A stretch of DNA of 64,000 bases, taken from assembly GCF_035594765.1 (NCBI RefSeq), contig NC_085846.1, positions 82,013,190 through 82,077,189 on the forward strand, in the 5' to 3' direction. Within the stretch, counting starts at the first letter, position 1. Every line of letters starts with the position of its first letter. The translations under genes were made by a program, and so were the position numbers. Positions 1 through 12,172 of the stretch are shown one piece after another. This stretch comes from Anolis carolinensis (Eukaryota). The notes below the pieces were generated by a model. The model searched no databases. It saw nothing but the letters and a program-made list of their open reading frames with translations, and was not told where the DNA came from.

Positions 1-1496
1 GCCTTACCATATATTTTTTTTTGGTCTAAATGTTCTGAAAAGTTGTGAAGATGTATCGGGAGGGAGAAATTATATTTTAAAAGTTAATAGCGGGTTAGGT
101 TGAGATGTTGCGATCTTTACAGCCTCTGAAATCCGTAGGGCTTAATTTAATCCTTCCTTGAGGCCCATTGATTTTACACCAGCCATGCCTAGTTATATAT
201 AGTGATATAACCCAATGTTTAATAGGCTGTTTTTCTTAAAATATCATACACATTTCTGTACAGTGGGGTATAAAATGTCCAGGTTTCTTCTCTGCCCTCT
301 TCCGAAACAGTTACTACTTTGCTGTATTTTTCCCAGAGATTGAATCACTAGTGATGGAATCATCGAGTGTGCAAATACATAGATCTTTCTTTCATAAACA
401 AATGTTGCCTCCACACCTGAAATAAACGAGCGCATCTTATACATTTCATATAAATAAAATTTGTTTTTTTTAAAAAAAAATCATAAAAAAACAACTAGGC
501 CTTTCAACTTTTCTTCCAGCCTTGTATTGCCTCTCAACATCTCTTTTAAGGCATAAACCCACATCTGTTGAATAAATTAATATACAGATCAATGCAGACT
601 ACATTTTTTATTGCCCAGTGTGGAGGCAAATTGATTGCTTACCACTGCAGAAAGAGTCAGATAAATGTAAATGCTGGTTTCTAATACTCTGAACTTTTGC
701 AAGTATTAGGCAATGCTATTGAATTGAACCAGACTTCTTCCTATGCAATATATATATACAATTACAGCCCTGAATATTTGGATTATATAAGGGTGCCTTC
801 ATTGACTGTTATACTTGTGGAAATTTGGTTTGCTCTTTTTTTTTTTTTTTTGCAAAATGCATTGACTTAATGAGATGCCCTTGACTTTACCTCCCAGTAA
901 ATGTGTCCCTTTGTGGCCCATACCAAAGCGACCCCTTTGAAAACCAGACTTCCTTGCAGGCTGAACCTTAGGCTGCGGTCTTACGCTTGTTTCCCCACAT
1001 AAACCCCGTCTCCAGCCATGGGAAGGAAATGAGTCGCCAGATACTACTAGGAGGGGTTCAGCCAGACAAGAATTCAAGCTGCCAGAGGAACTGGGTTTCA
1101 GATGTAAAGGCACTTCGAATTTTAATGGGACCAGATATCCCAAACCGATCCTCCCTCTCCCTCTTGGCAAGAAAGAAAGTGGAAGGGGAGATAAAAACGA
1201 CTTTGGTAGCCATTTGTCACTTCTCTTGGCAAAGAGAGGCTTTCTCAGAAATGCCTGATGGAAAGCCGCTTCTTAGGGAATTTATCTAGCGGGGAAACGG
1301 GCTTGGCACGCAGTCACATTCTTGCCAACTGACCTCTTGAACATTAAATAAGGCTGCATTAAATTAATGTGGTTGAATATGTTCAAACTGAGGCCTACGG
1401 TGGTATCTTTACACTCAGCATGTTTTTGGAGTCCCATAACAGCTTTTAGATTTTTCCGTCCTCGACGTCACCTTCACTCCAAACAATTCCGCCCAC

Positions 1497-1904
1497 CAGG
1501 CTGTATGGCCATGTACCGGAAGCATTCTCTCCTGAAGTTTCTCCTACATCCTCAGAAGTTGTGAGGCTTGTTGGAAACTAATCAAATGGGGTTTCTATAT
1601 CTGTGGAAGGTTCAGGGTGGGAGAAATAACTCTTGTTTGTTGAAGGCAAGTGTGAATGTTGCAATTAATTACCTTGATTAGCATTGAGAAGCCTTGCAGC
1701 CTCAAAGCCTGACTGATTCCTGTCTGGGGGAATCCTTTGTTGGGAGGTGTTAGTTGGCCCTGATTGTTTAATGTCTGAAATTCTTCTGTTTTCAGACTGT
1801 TATTGTCCTGTTTTTAAGGGGTTTTTTTTAATATTGGTAGCCAGATTTTGTGCATTTCAATGGTTTCTCTGTGTAGTTGTTAGAGTGGTTGTTAGAGTGG
1901 TCCA
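1497..1904 (-). mobile_element. Penelope-like element fragment (terminal repeat plus ORF end)
   Basis: Aligns by eye with the other copies. Hammerhead stem II is deleted. Confidence 0.85.
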
Positions 1905-4900
1905 TCTCCACCTCTCTCTCTCTCTCCCTCCCTCCCTCCCTCTCTCTCTTTGTTGCCTCTCAATTTGCCCACGTCAGACATATAAAGCCTGGTTTAATTA
2001 GCATACAAAGTAACATCCCCTTGATTAACAATTCGGTACCTTTGGGTTCTTCCTGGAAATAGCCAGGGAATAAATCACGCTTCTTCAGCTGGAGGGGAAC
2101 ATAAAAAAAGAAGGAAAAAGTGAATCCATCCTTCCATCTAGCTGCAGGCTGCTGCGCTCTTATGGTTTATTTATCCCTGTCTTGCTTTTATTTGTAATTT
2201 TAACTTTTTGAAAAGCCCAGGTTCATAAAACAGTGCAAACGACTCTATTAACGTAGTTATGATATTTGTCTTGGACCAATAAAGGGATTTAAAAAAAATG
2301 ATATTTTCCACTAAGGCAACTTGCTAGGAAGTTTTAAACTCGCTCGTCCCCCTTGGAAGGCCCAGTTAAGGGGAAAAGATTTCCACGGGGTCCAAATCTT
2401 TGGCACAATTGTGGTTTGCCCTTATTGAGCAACCCCCCCCCCCTTCCCCGCCTTCTTCCCTCTCCAAGCAGGGCTCGTCGTGTTGGCAGGGGCCGAATGA
2501 AAGAGCAGTGATTTCTCATCCTGTGCCCCTGCATTAATAGTCTTAAGCAACGCTATAAAGCCCTGGTTAATGTCCGAGACACATTGTTAAGTGTTTAAAA
2601 TGTGGCCGCTGCACACAATGCACGCCAAAGTAGTTTAGTTGCTCCAGAATTGACCATTATCTTTTATAGTTAAGAATCAAGTGCACATTATTAGTTTTAC
2701 TTCAGTGGCTTTGACGAGGCGAGTTGAAGTTGGCTGGGCTTGGCCTTGTTAGCGATTCAAGAAAGAGCCCCGGAGCTCCTCCTAAACCGATCCCAAGCCA
2801 ACCCCAGGCGTCTTCCTCTTTCTCTCTTCCTGCTTCGTCTTCTTACCATTGACCTCACCAGGCTTTGGATCAGACCCGGAGTGCCTTGACCATCAAAGCC
2901 AGGCGCATTGCCTCCATAAACGCAACAATAAAAGGGAGCCTCACTCAGGGAGGAATGGCTGCTGCCTTTTTGCCCTGCACATTGGCTCCAAGGCACCGCG
3001 GGGGCTCATAAAAGCCACCCCCTCCTCATGGCAGAGGTATTTATTTTGAGTCGAAAACGCCTCCGAGGAAGGAAGGATTTTAAACCTGTTTTTGGAGCCT
3101 AGTTTGCTGGGCCTACCCCTTTCTCTCCTCGAGTTTTCTTCTGCAACTTAAGAAAATTAGGTCGGAGCAAAGATCCAACTGATCTCTCTTCCTGCATCTC
3201 AGCACAATGTGGCTGGAAAGTGGACAAGTAGGGGTCCACCCTGTATGCTTATTTGCCTTTTATGGTGGCCCCATGAATCTCTTAGAGGTTTTTTTTAAGG
3301 CAAGGAAGAATCATATTGGGAATGACTGCACCCACTCTCCGGGGCAATAACTTTTTGGAAATAAATGACAATCATAACCTTATTGAAAAGGGGGAAAAGA
3401 TGTTACATCCTCTGGCAAATGTAAATCCCCATTAACATGTGGAGACCACCTTTTGAAAACCACTAGTCAATAAAAGGATGGTCTTGTTAGAAGTCAACTC
3501 TTTGAGTAAGTGATATTCACAAACATTAATATAAGCACACTGATAAACTGAGAAACCATGTCTTCGGACTGCCAAGGGCAAAGACATGCCACTACGAAAA
3601 TATATTTGGTTGTTTCTTTGAAGTTGCAGTTGTAATTGGAATTGCAGTTGCCCAAAATATATACACTCCCTGAAAACCTCTTAGTTTAAAATATGCACCC
3701 AGAGATTTAAAAAACCAAGACTTCTTTGAAAAATAGCATATTTTGTTTATTCATAAACATCTTGGATTAATTCACTATACAGGCACATTTCTTATTAAAG
3801 TTCAGTTATGGAAAGGATGTAGCTTCTCTCTGTGTTGAGTACACAAGGTATCATTCTTAATTAATAGTCCATTGTCTTTAAGTATAATTGTATTCACTGA
3901 AGTCCATAAGCATACATCTCTATTGAAGTCCTAACATCAACATGCATTCATCTCCACCAAGGTGTAAAGCTAACTCAAATAACAAAATGGAGTCCTGAGT
4001 CTGAACATGCTCAGTACAATCACATGTCTATAACTCCTCCTACACCAAAGAGGTACAATCAAACTGGCAAATCAACATACACATAGAATACAGGTTAGCA
4101 AATATATACATCAATAAACAAAGAGTGAAAGGCTTAGGAGGTTACTAGTTCTTTACTCTGCAATACAGCCTAGCGTTCAAAATCATACAGCATCTGATGC
4201 CTTTAGGATATTTAAGCATTGAGTGATTGTCCACAATATTCACTAATGTTTGTGTGCCTGTTGATATGGGAAATATAGGTCCACAGCAAGGGATGGCAGA
4301 CCTCTGTGCATATGCATCTTTGTGTATATATATTTCTAGATTATCTATATATCACATTGGATGCAGTCATTCTAGTCTTTGTCTGCCTCGCTTTCCAGTT
4401 CTTCCGCTGCTTTGTTTTAAAGGCCTTTCCAGTTTCTATAAATTCGCATTTTATTTCGCTTAGGGGCGATTTCATAGACATTTGGAGTGACCTTCTTGCC
4501 TCAATTTCTTTGCCTCAGGCCAAGAATATCACCCAGAGGGCTGTTGCTGCTGCTAATACTTTCCACCAAGGTTTTTAAAATTGGTCTCTCATTTCACGTT
4601 GTCTTGCTAAACATAAACATCCCACCGAAGAGATGTTTGGTTCTATCTAATCCTTGTTCAGGCAGGCCGCTGAGGCGCTGAACCCCTTTTGTGGGCGGGA
4701 ACCCCAATTTCATTATATTTAAATCTGTATTTATCACGCTAAGCCTACTGATAATAGGGGTTCTATGTCCTCGCCCGTAAAAGGGCTCCTTATATGGTAT
4801 TCATTTTCATGGAAGCGATATGGGCCTCGAAGGAATCTGATAAGAGCTTGTTCTCCACACATTAACACATTGTAAGGTAAGTCGAGCTGAGGAAGTACAA

Positions 4901-5345
4901 ACAGTGTAACCAAAGATTGGGGGGAGAGAGAAAAAGAAAGATTTCCACAGGCTGCTGAAACTTGATTTCCATCTGGTTGGATCTAATATTAAATTCAGTT
5001 AGACACCGAAAGGTTGGACCAATCTTGGGGTAGAAATCTTGGCTGGTAGTGGAGGGAGTGAGAAGGCAATAGGCGGGGAGTTTGCAGGCCTGTTTATGTC
5101 TAGGGTGGGGTGGGCCTTTCTGTAAAGGTTTTATGGAGGCCATACCAAGTTTCAGCAACTTCTTCCAGTCTTCTCAACTTCCGACAGCCAGGAAATTCCG
5201 GAGAGCTGCTCTGTTTTAATATCCCTGAGATGGAAGTGTGTGGCTGATGGGGAAACCCCAAAAGTTTTTTTTCCCCCTGATGTCTTCTGCACACCTCAAA
5301 AGGGTGTATTTAAAACAGGAGGGGATTTTTTTCTTCAAAGGCAAC

Positions 5346-5884
5346 CATATTATTTGAGAACATAGAAATGCTGGACCACTCTAACAACCATCCTATCAGA
5401 CTACACAAAGAAGTCATTGAAATCCATAAGCATGTGGACAATTTCAACGAGGAAACCATGAAAATGAACAAAATCTGACTACCAGTATTTAAAAAAACCT
5501 CTAAAATCAGGACAATAAATAAAGAATACCACTCAGAAAACAGAGGAATTCCAGATATGGATCAATCAGGGTCAACTAACACCTCCCAACAAAGGATTCC
5601 CCCAGGCAGGAAGCAGCCAGATCTTGAAGCTGAAATGTTATTCATTGCTAATCAAGGTGGCCAATTGAAATATTCACGTCTGCTCCAATAGACAAGTTCT
5701 ATCTCCTACCCTGGACCTTTCACAGATATATAAACCCACGTGACTAGTTTCCAACATACCTTATTACCTCTGAGGATGCCTGCCATAGATGCCTGTGGCA
5801 CGTCAGGAGAGAATGCTTCTGGAGCATGGCCGGAAAAGTCACAGCAACCCAGTGATTCTGGCCGTTAAGGACTTCGAGGACACA
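5346..5884 (+). mobile_element. Penelope-like element 3' fragment
   Basis: Encodes ILFENIEMLDHSNNHPIRLHKEVIEIHKHVDNFN (C-terminus of a PLE GIY-YIG endonuclease), followed by the terminal repeat. Hammerhead GAAA is mutated to GGCA. Confidence 0.88.
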
Positions 5885-7253
5885 TTGTTTCTCCTAATTC
5901 GTTTTCTAGGATAGGAACTCTGTAGGAAAGCCAGGGGTCAACCCTGGTCTGGCCTGAGATGGACCATTTTCACCCATTTAGACTTGAGCAGAAGTGAAGC
6001 TACTGCCTCGCTTCGCCTCCCCAGCTCCTTGGCATCCTCAGCGCTTTTGAGGACTTTATGGACGAGGACCCGGGTGCCAAAAAGGAGAGATTTACTACAC
6101 AATATGGAGTTCTTCTAAAGGATATTCGTCCTCTCTTGGGAACAGAGACTGTCAACTAGTTCAGTATTACCAGCGGTAGGGGTGGTTTGGAACGAGAGTG
6201 GCTAAACATGAATTAGAAAGTTGTTTTTTTATGTTATTATTTTCTATTTTTTAAATTAACCATTCCAAAAGGCGCCATTATCGCCTCGACCCATTTGGTC
6301 CGATTTCAACCGATTTCTGGCAAAACAAACAGGAGGGAAACTGGAGCCTTGATTCCTTCAATCTCTCTGCATCTCTCCCCTTTGTTTCATTGCTATCACC
6401 TTGGCCGAAATTACATACTGACTAGCAGAGGATTTTTTAACTAAATATAATATTTTATCGGTGAGGGGAGCTTGCCAATGACTCGGAAGGGATCGAATGA
6501 AAATATTTAAAAATCTGCAGATTCCACGTCCGTTCCATCCAATAGGTGGGGAGAGAAAACAAGGATAGAAAACCCCGGTTAGATTCTCCTTTTTCTATCC
6601 TACATTATTATGAAATAGATTACAACTCTTGCTTTGAGCGAAATAGAGATTACAGCCCAGAAAACTCACAGCAACCCATTACAAATTTAGCTCACAGATT
6701 TCTTTTGACAAAAAGGTCAGCCTTCCCTCCTGAAACTGGAATCCCAGCGATTTCCCTTTCGCCGTCTTCCAGAGGAAGTCTTGGCCCTACTCTGCTGGGA
6801 CTGGTATACCAAGACAGCACCAGCCATGAGTATGATCTTCATTACAGTAGTTGACTTCTCAAGGAGCCTGGCTGACTTTATGATGTCCGTAAACCTTGGC
6901 TGCTGGGGAGAAGGTCAGGTTTGGTTTGGAACTTCCCAGTATCCAATCAGACATAATCACCACTCCATCATCCTCCTAACAGGAAAGTAGGGAAGCATGG
7001 AAGTATCCCGCCGCCTCTCCCGTCAATACCGGGGCTTGGTTGCATTATTAATCTCATCTCTCTGCAAGGAGATGGCGAAAGAGTTGCTGTTGGGGCTACT
7101 GGGATATGCTGGGGCTGGGAAGGGCCCGAAGGAGGAACGGGGTGTTAAAAGGGTCGCTTAGGGATCACTTGATGAGTCAAACATGTCATAATAACACTAA
7201 TGTTCCTTTACCGTTTTCTATGAGCACATATGTTAAAAAGTATATGAATGGTT

Positions 7254-8070
7254 TTGTCCAAGGCTTTCATGGCCGGAATCACTGTGTTGCTGTGAGTTTT
7301 CTGGTGTGTATGGCCATGTTCCAGAAGCATTCTTTCCTGATGTTTTGCCTTTCCTGATGTTTCTATGGCAGGCATCCTCAGAGGTTGTGAGTTTTGTTGG
7401 AAACTAGGCAAGTGAGCTTTATGTATCTGTGGAATATTCAGAGTGGGAGAAAGAACTCTCGTCTGCTTGAGGCAGGTGTGAATGTTGCAACTGGCCACTT
7501 TGAATTAGCATTGAATAGCCTTTCAGCTTCAAGGTCTGGCTGCTTCCTGGGGGGATCCTTTGTTGGGAGGTGTTAGCTGGCCCTCATTGTTTCTTGTCTG
7601 GAATTCCTCTATTTACTGAGTGTTGTTCTTTATTTACGGTGTCTTGATTTTAGAGTCTTTAATACCTCTTTTCTGTTGAAATTGTCCTGGTGGTTGTGGA
7701 TTTCAATGGCTTCTCTGTGTAGTCTGACATGGTGGTTGTTAGAGTGGTTCAGCATTTCTGTGTTCTCAAATAATATACTGTGTCCAGGCTGGTTCATCAA
7801 GTGCTCTGCTATGGCTGACTTCTTTGGTTGAGTTAGCCTGCAATGCCTTTCATGTTCCTTGATTCGGGTTTGGTGGTCCCTATGTAGACTGCATTGTCTA
7901 CAGCTGCATTGTATACATGTACTTCTGCAGAGGTGAGAGAATCCCTCTTGTCCTTTGCTGAACGTAGCATTGTTGGATTTTCTCAGTGGATCTGTAAACA
8001 GTTTGTAGGTTGTGTTTCTTCATCAGCTTCCCTGTGTGATCAGTGGTTCCCTTGATGTATGGTAAGAACA
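7254..8070 (-). mobile_element. Longest Penelope-like copy, ending ~280 bp upstream of the HOXA10 ATG
   Basis: Minus-strand translation FLPYIKGTTDHTGKLMKKHNLQTVYRS...YIGTT...KSAIAEHLMNQPGHSILFENTEML is a decayed GIY-YIG domain, followed by the terminal repeat. Confidence 0.9.
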
Positions 8071-8348
8071 TTGGTTGTCTATTGTTTTTCTCCCTCCTGG
8101 CCTCCTCACCCCCATATGCATAACCCCCTCCCTCGTTTGCAACATCGATTTTACTCTCTCTCACACACATATAAATATATTTATATATATATCTCAAGGA
8201 AATTCAGAAGTGGACCGGAGGAGCCGCTCAGTGCCTACGAAACCAAACGGGGAGGGGTTGTGAGCCAGGGCCGGGTTTCCATTGGCTGCGGGCCCTTGCC
8301 GAGGCGCGGGGGTATCTCGAATCCTATCCAGCATGTTTTGCACAAGAA

Positions 8349-9309
8349 ATGTCAGCCAGAAAGGGCTATCTGCTCTCCTCGCCCAATTGTCCCGCGGCCA
8401 TGGCGTGCTCCTCGGAGAGCCCCGCTGCCAGCTCCTTCCTGGTGGACTCCTTGATCAGCTCGGCTTCGGGAAGAAGGGACGGCGGAGGAGGAGGAGGCGG
8501 TGGAGAAGGAGGAGGCGGTGATGGAGGAGGAGGCGGAGGCGGCGGCGGCTACTATCCCAACAACAGCGGCGTCTACCTGCCTCAGAGCTCCGAGCTGCCC
8601 TACGGCTTGCAGAACTACGGCCTTTTCCCGGTCCTGAGCAAGCGCCAGGAGCAAGGCCCTCCCCCCAGCATGGCCCCGTCCTCCCACCAGTACATGCCGG
8701 GCATGGACGCCTGGCTCGACGGCCCCAGGTCATGCCGCCTGGAAGAACCACAGAGCCCGCAAGCCACTTCCTGCGCCTTCGCTCCCAGCATCAAGGAGGA
8801 GAGTTCCTACTGTCTCTACGACTCGGACAAGGGCCCCAAGGAGGCGGCGGCCACCGACCTGTCCACCTTCCCGAGGCTCAGCTCGGAGGTCTGTGCCATG
8901 AACAACGGGGTGCCCGTGCCAGGCTACTTCCGCCTGTCCCAAGCCTATGGCGCCGCTAAGAGCACCAACAGCACCTCTTCCTCCTCCTCTTCCTCCTCCA
9001 CCTGCAGCAGCGGCTACAACAGCAACCACCACCACCATCCGCACCAGCACCATCGCCAAATGGTTGCCGAGTCCCCTTTCGCCCCGCAGCCTCCAGGGCG
9101 CTTTGAGAGCCCCCCGGTCTTGCCTCCCTCGCTGTCAGTCCCGGATCAAGGCCGAAAAGAAGGCGAAGAGCCCTCCCCGCCCAGCACTTTGGCTTGCGTT
9201 TCCCAAACTGGGGAGGAAGAAGGCCAGGCGTCTTGCTCCTCGGCTGCGGAAGAACTCTCCCCGGCGCCTTCCGAGAGCAACAAGACCTCCCCAGAGAAAG
9301 GGGCCTTAG
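8349..9309 (+). CDS. HOXA10: HOXA10 exon 1 (joined CDS 8349-9309 + 11898-12172, 411 aa)
   Basis: Begins MSARKGYLL...SESPAASSFLVDSLIS and contains IKEESSYCLYD and VPVPGYFRLSQAYG. Phase-1 donor TTA G|gtgagc at 9309/9310. A second in-frame ATG with strong Kozak context lies at 8400. Confidence 0.96.
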
Positions 9310-9480
9310 GTGAGCGAGATCCAATGCCAGAAACGCCACCCCTCCCAAGAGAGAGGGTGAAGGTAGGAAAGACCCCCAAACCTAAGCATCCAGTTCCAAT
9401 CTGCAGAAAGGATGGTCTCAGTTGACCCACTCAAGTTATATTTATATTTGGGCACCAAGATGTAGGGAAAAAGTACTATT

Positions 9481-9714
9481 TGTGTTGTGCTGTTAGTTTT
9501 TCGGGCTGTATGGCTACGTTCCATAAGCATTCTCTCCTGACGTTACGCCCACATCTATGGCAGGCACCCTCAGAGGTTTTGAGGTATATTGGAAACTAAG
9601 CAAGGGAGGTTTATATACCTCTGGAAGGTCCAGGGTGGGAGAAATATGTGGTGAAACGTCAGTAGAGAATGCTTCTGGAACATAGCCATACAACCCGGAA
9701 AACTCACAGCAACC
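9481..9714. mobile_element. Penelope terminal repeat with an inverted partial copy, in the HOXA10 intron
   Basis: Minus arm ~9481-9643 and plus arm ~9646-9714. Target-site duplication AAAAGTACTATT at 9469-9480 and 9715-9726. Confidence 0.85.
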
Positions 9715-10974
9715 AAAAGTACTATTATTTTCAGTTGCTGTGATTGATCTTGAAGGCCACGCTCTGGAGTTTCTAACACAGTCCTGGGCTTCCGGCAAAG
9801 GCTGAAAGCACAAATGCGGAGTTATAAAAAGTTGGAGAAGGAGAGATGGATGAGAGGACAGTGATGGAGAAGTGCCCGAAGAGATAACAGAGATGTTTGT
9901 AGAGCGTCCAAAGTAAGCATGAGGCCAGCGCCAATAAATAAACCCATTAACAGGCTAAGTTCTAGTTTACGATCCTGGATGGCTTAAAAAGGGAGGGGGG
10001 CAGCTGGGTTGAAATTCTCCTTCTGCGAATGACTATCAAATTGACGTTCCTCGCAGCTTAACCAGGCGGATGTAACTTAAGGGCCATCAGAAAGAACGAA
10101 CCAGGTGGTAAAGGAACGACAGGGTCCCTGTTCAGGAACCCATTATTTCAATGAGCCGCTCCAGAGCTGTTGCCTCCTCGCAGTTCCAAGTGGGATGTAG
10201 TGAAAGGTTGTGGATATCCATGCATACATGCAGGCACACAAGGAAATGTCCTTCTCCTTACACAATATTTTTATTTTATTTTATAGTGCAGTAATAAATC
10301 ACAATCTAAAATCTTGCCTTGTCCCATCCTCCTCCCTCCCTTCACCAGTCATAGACTTTGCAAACTACTTACTTACTTCACACCCTCTTAATAATAAATC
10401 ACCACCTATTGTCTTAATTTAATTAATAATAGTTATATATCCTAGTCATTTATTCAAAACCTCATTCTATCCGAGAGTGATTTAAATTTGTTTACTTTAG
10501 CACATATTAGCTGATAAAGGGTTTCCCTGTAACCTCGAACAAAGTCTCTTTTATTTCTCCTCTCTCTAATCTTCTTTTATTAATTCTTCACATAAAGCTA
10601 TTGCCCATAGCTATCCCTCTGTCTGCCTTGCATATTATTTATAGTACACGACACAGTCTGTACTTTTAAAAATAGATCTCTGTATGATTTTATTTTCCTT
10701 TGCCTCTGTGTGTGTGTACTATTCCATCATTAAATTGCCAAATTCCTAAACGTCACCAATACGCAGAGGGGGAAAGCAGACACACTTAGTTTAATTCTAT
10801 AGATGTTGTTTTGTCCCCTTTGTATGAAACGGGTTTGCCTTCCAAGTGAAGTCGTTCCTTCCAAGTGAAGTCGTGTTTATGGGACTGCAGTCCCAGCTGT
10901 GCCCAACATCTGGGCAGAAATACTCACAAAAGGGAGAGACCAAATCCAGATTTAGTATTTAGCTTATTATTATT

Positions 10975-11021
<47 letters not shown>

Positions 11022-11051
11022 ATTTATGATTTAATATTTATTATAATTTAT

Positions 11052-11252
11052 TTTATTATGACACAGCAAACAAGATAGATATGCTGGATTTCGTATCACA
11101 AAATCACAAGTCGAACACTTCCCAAGTGTCTAGGACTGTGTGATGTATTTTCGGATGATGTGTGCAGATCCCAGTAGGGTGGCCTTTTGCAGTTGGCAGA
11201 TCGTAATTTTGTCAATGTCTATCTTTTCCAAATGCCGGCTGAGATCTTTTGG

Positions 11253-11253
<1 letters not shown>
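11052..11253 (-). mobile_element. 5'-truncated R4/Dong-like non-LTR retrotransposon next to a TAA microsatellite, HOXA10 intron
   Basis: Minus-strand peptide PKDLSRHLEKIDIDKITICQLQKATLLGSAHIIRKYITQS* resembles the C-terminus of R4/Dong proteins. It abuts (TTA)n at 11254-11297. Confidence 0.7.
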
Positions 11254-11297
<44 letters not shown>

Positions 11298-11418
11298 CCA
11301 CAAGCCATCTGTTGGAAATAGCAATCTTCTAAGCTTTCACTATTTGTTTGATAATTTATATATTTGCTAACCTTTATTATTTGTATACTCACAAAAAGGG
11401 GAGACCAAGTCCAGATTT

Positions 11419-11567
11419 NNNNNNNNNNNNNNNNNNNNNNNNNNNNNNNNNNNNNNNNNNNNNNNNNNNNNNNNNNNNNNNNNNNNNNNNNNNNNNNNNN
11501 NNNNNNNNNNNNNNNNNNNNNNNNNNNNNNNNNNNNNNNNNNNNNNNNNNNNNNNNNNNNNNNNNNN
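11419..11567. other. Assembly gap in the HOXA10 intron
   Basis: Run of N. Confidence 1.
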
Positions 11568-11897
11568 TTTTTAACTTGAAACAAACGTTTAGAGACCAAA
11601 AGGCCAGGCTGGATGCATTTGGGGCTGCCACTGTCAAAGGCACGGATGTGTATCGGTGTCAACTGCAAAAGCAGGCCGCCTTTTCAGACGAGCAGGAGGA
11701 AACCAAAGTCACTAGTAGGCTGATAACCTTTCCTTGCGTTTTGAGAGCACAGCCTAAAGAGAACAATCTTCAAAGGAGGACTTCTGGTGCCCAGAGACGC
11801 CCTGATCGGATACTCCGTACAATAGTCGCCCATTCGGGGGTCCTGCCAGCCCCTCTGTTCTGCTAGTAACGACCCTTTCTTCCTTCCCCAAAACTAG

Positions 11898-12172
11898 GCA
11901 GCTCCAAAGGGGAGCAGGCAGCCAACTGGCTGACGGCGAAAAGTGGCCGCAAGAAGCGCTGCCCTTACACCAAGCACCAAACCCTGGAGCTGGAGAAGGA
12001 GTTCCTCTTCAACATGTACCTGACTCGCGAGCGTCGCCTAGAGATCAGCCGCTCCGTCCACCTCACGGACAGACAGGTCAAAATCTGGTTTCAGAACCGC
12101 CGGATGAAACTCAAGAAAATGAACCGAGAGAACCGGATTCGGGAGCTCACAGCCAACTTCAATTTCTCCTGA
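11898..12172 (+). CDS. HOXA10: HOXA10 exon 2, homeodomain
   Basis: Acceptor ctag|GC. Translates (G)[90 protein letters not shown]. Confidence 0.98.

Noticed and set aside
1-830. Possible distal HOXA11 3'UTR (AT-rich, AATAAA at ~421, 453 and 571)
   Set aside because: Plausible from gene order, but no HOXA11 coding sequence is in the window to anchor it.
3587-4192. Possible solo LTR on the minus strand (TG...CA ends, AATAAA, AAAATGGAGTC motif)
   Set aside because: I found no target-site duplication and no second copy, so it cannot be supported without a library search.
9310-9425. ORF-track read-through past the exon 1 donors (also 23071-23339, 39143-39291, 50842-50921, 56262-56431)
   Set aside because: The sequence is intronic. 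Canonical phase-1 donors splice in frame to the homeobox exons.
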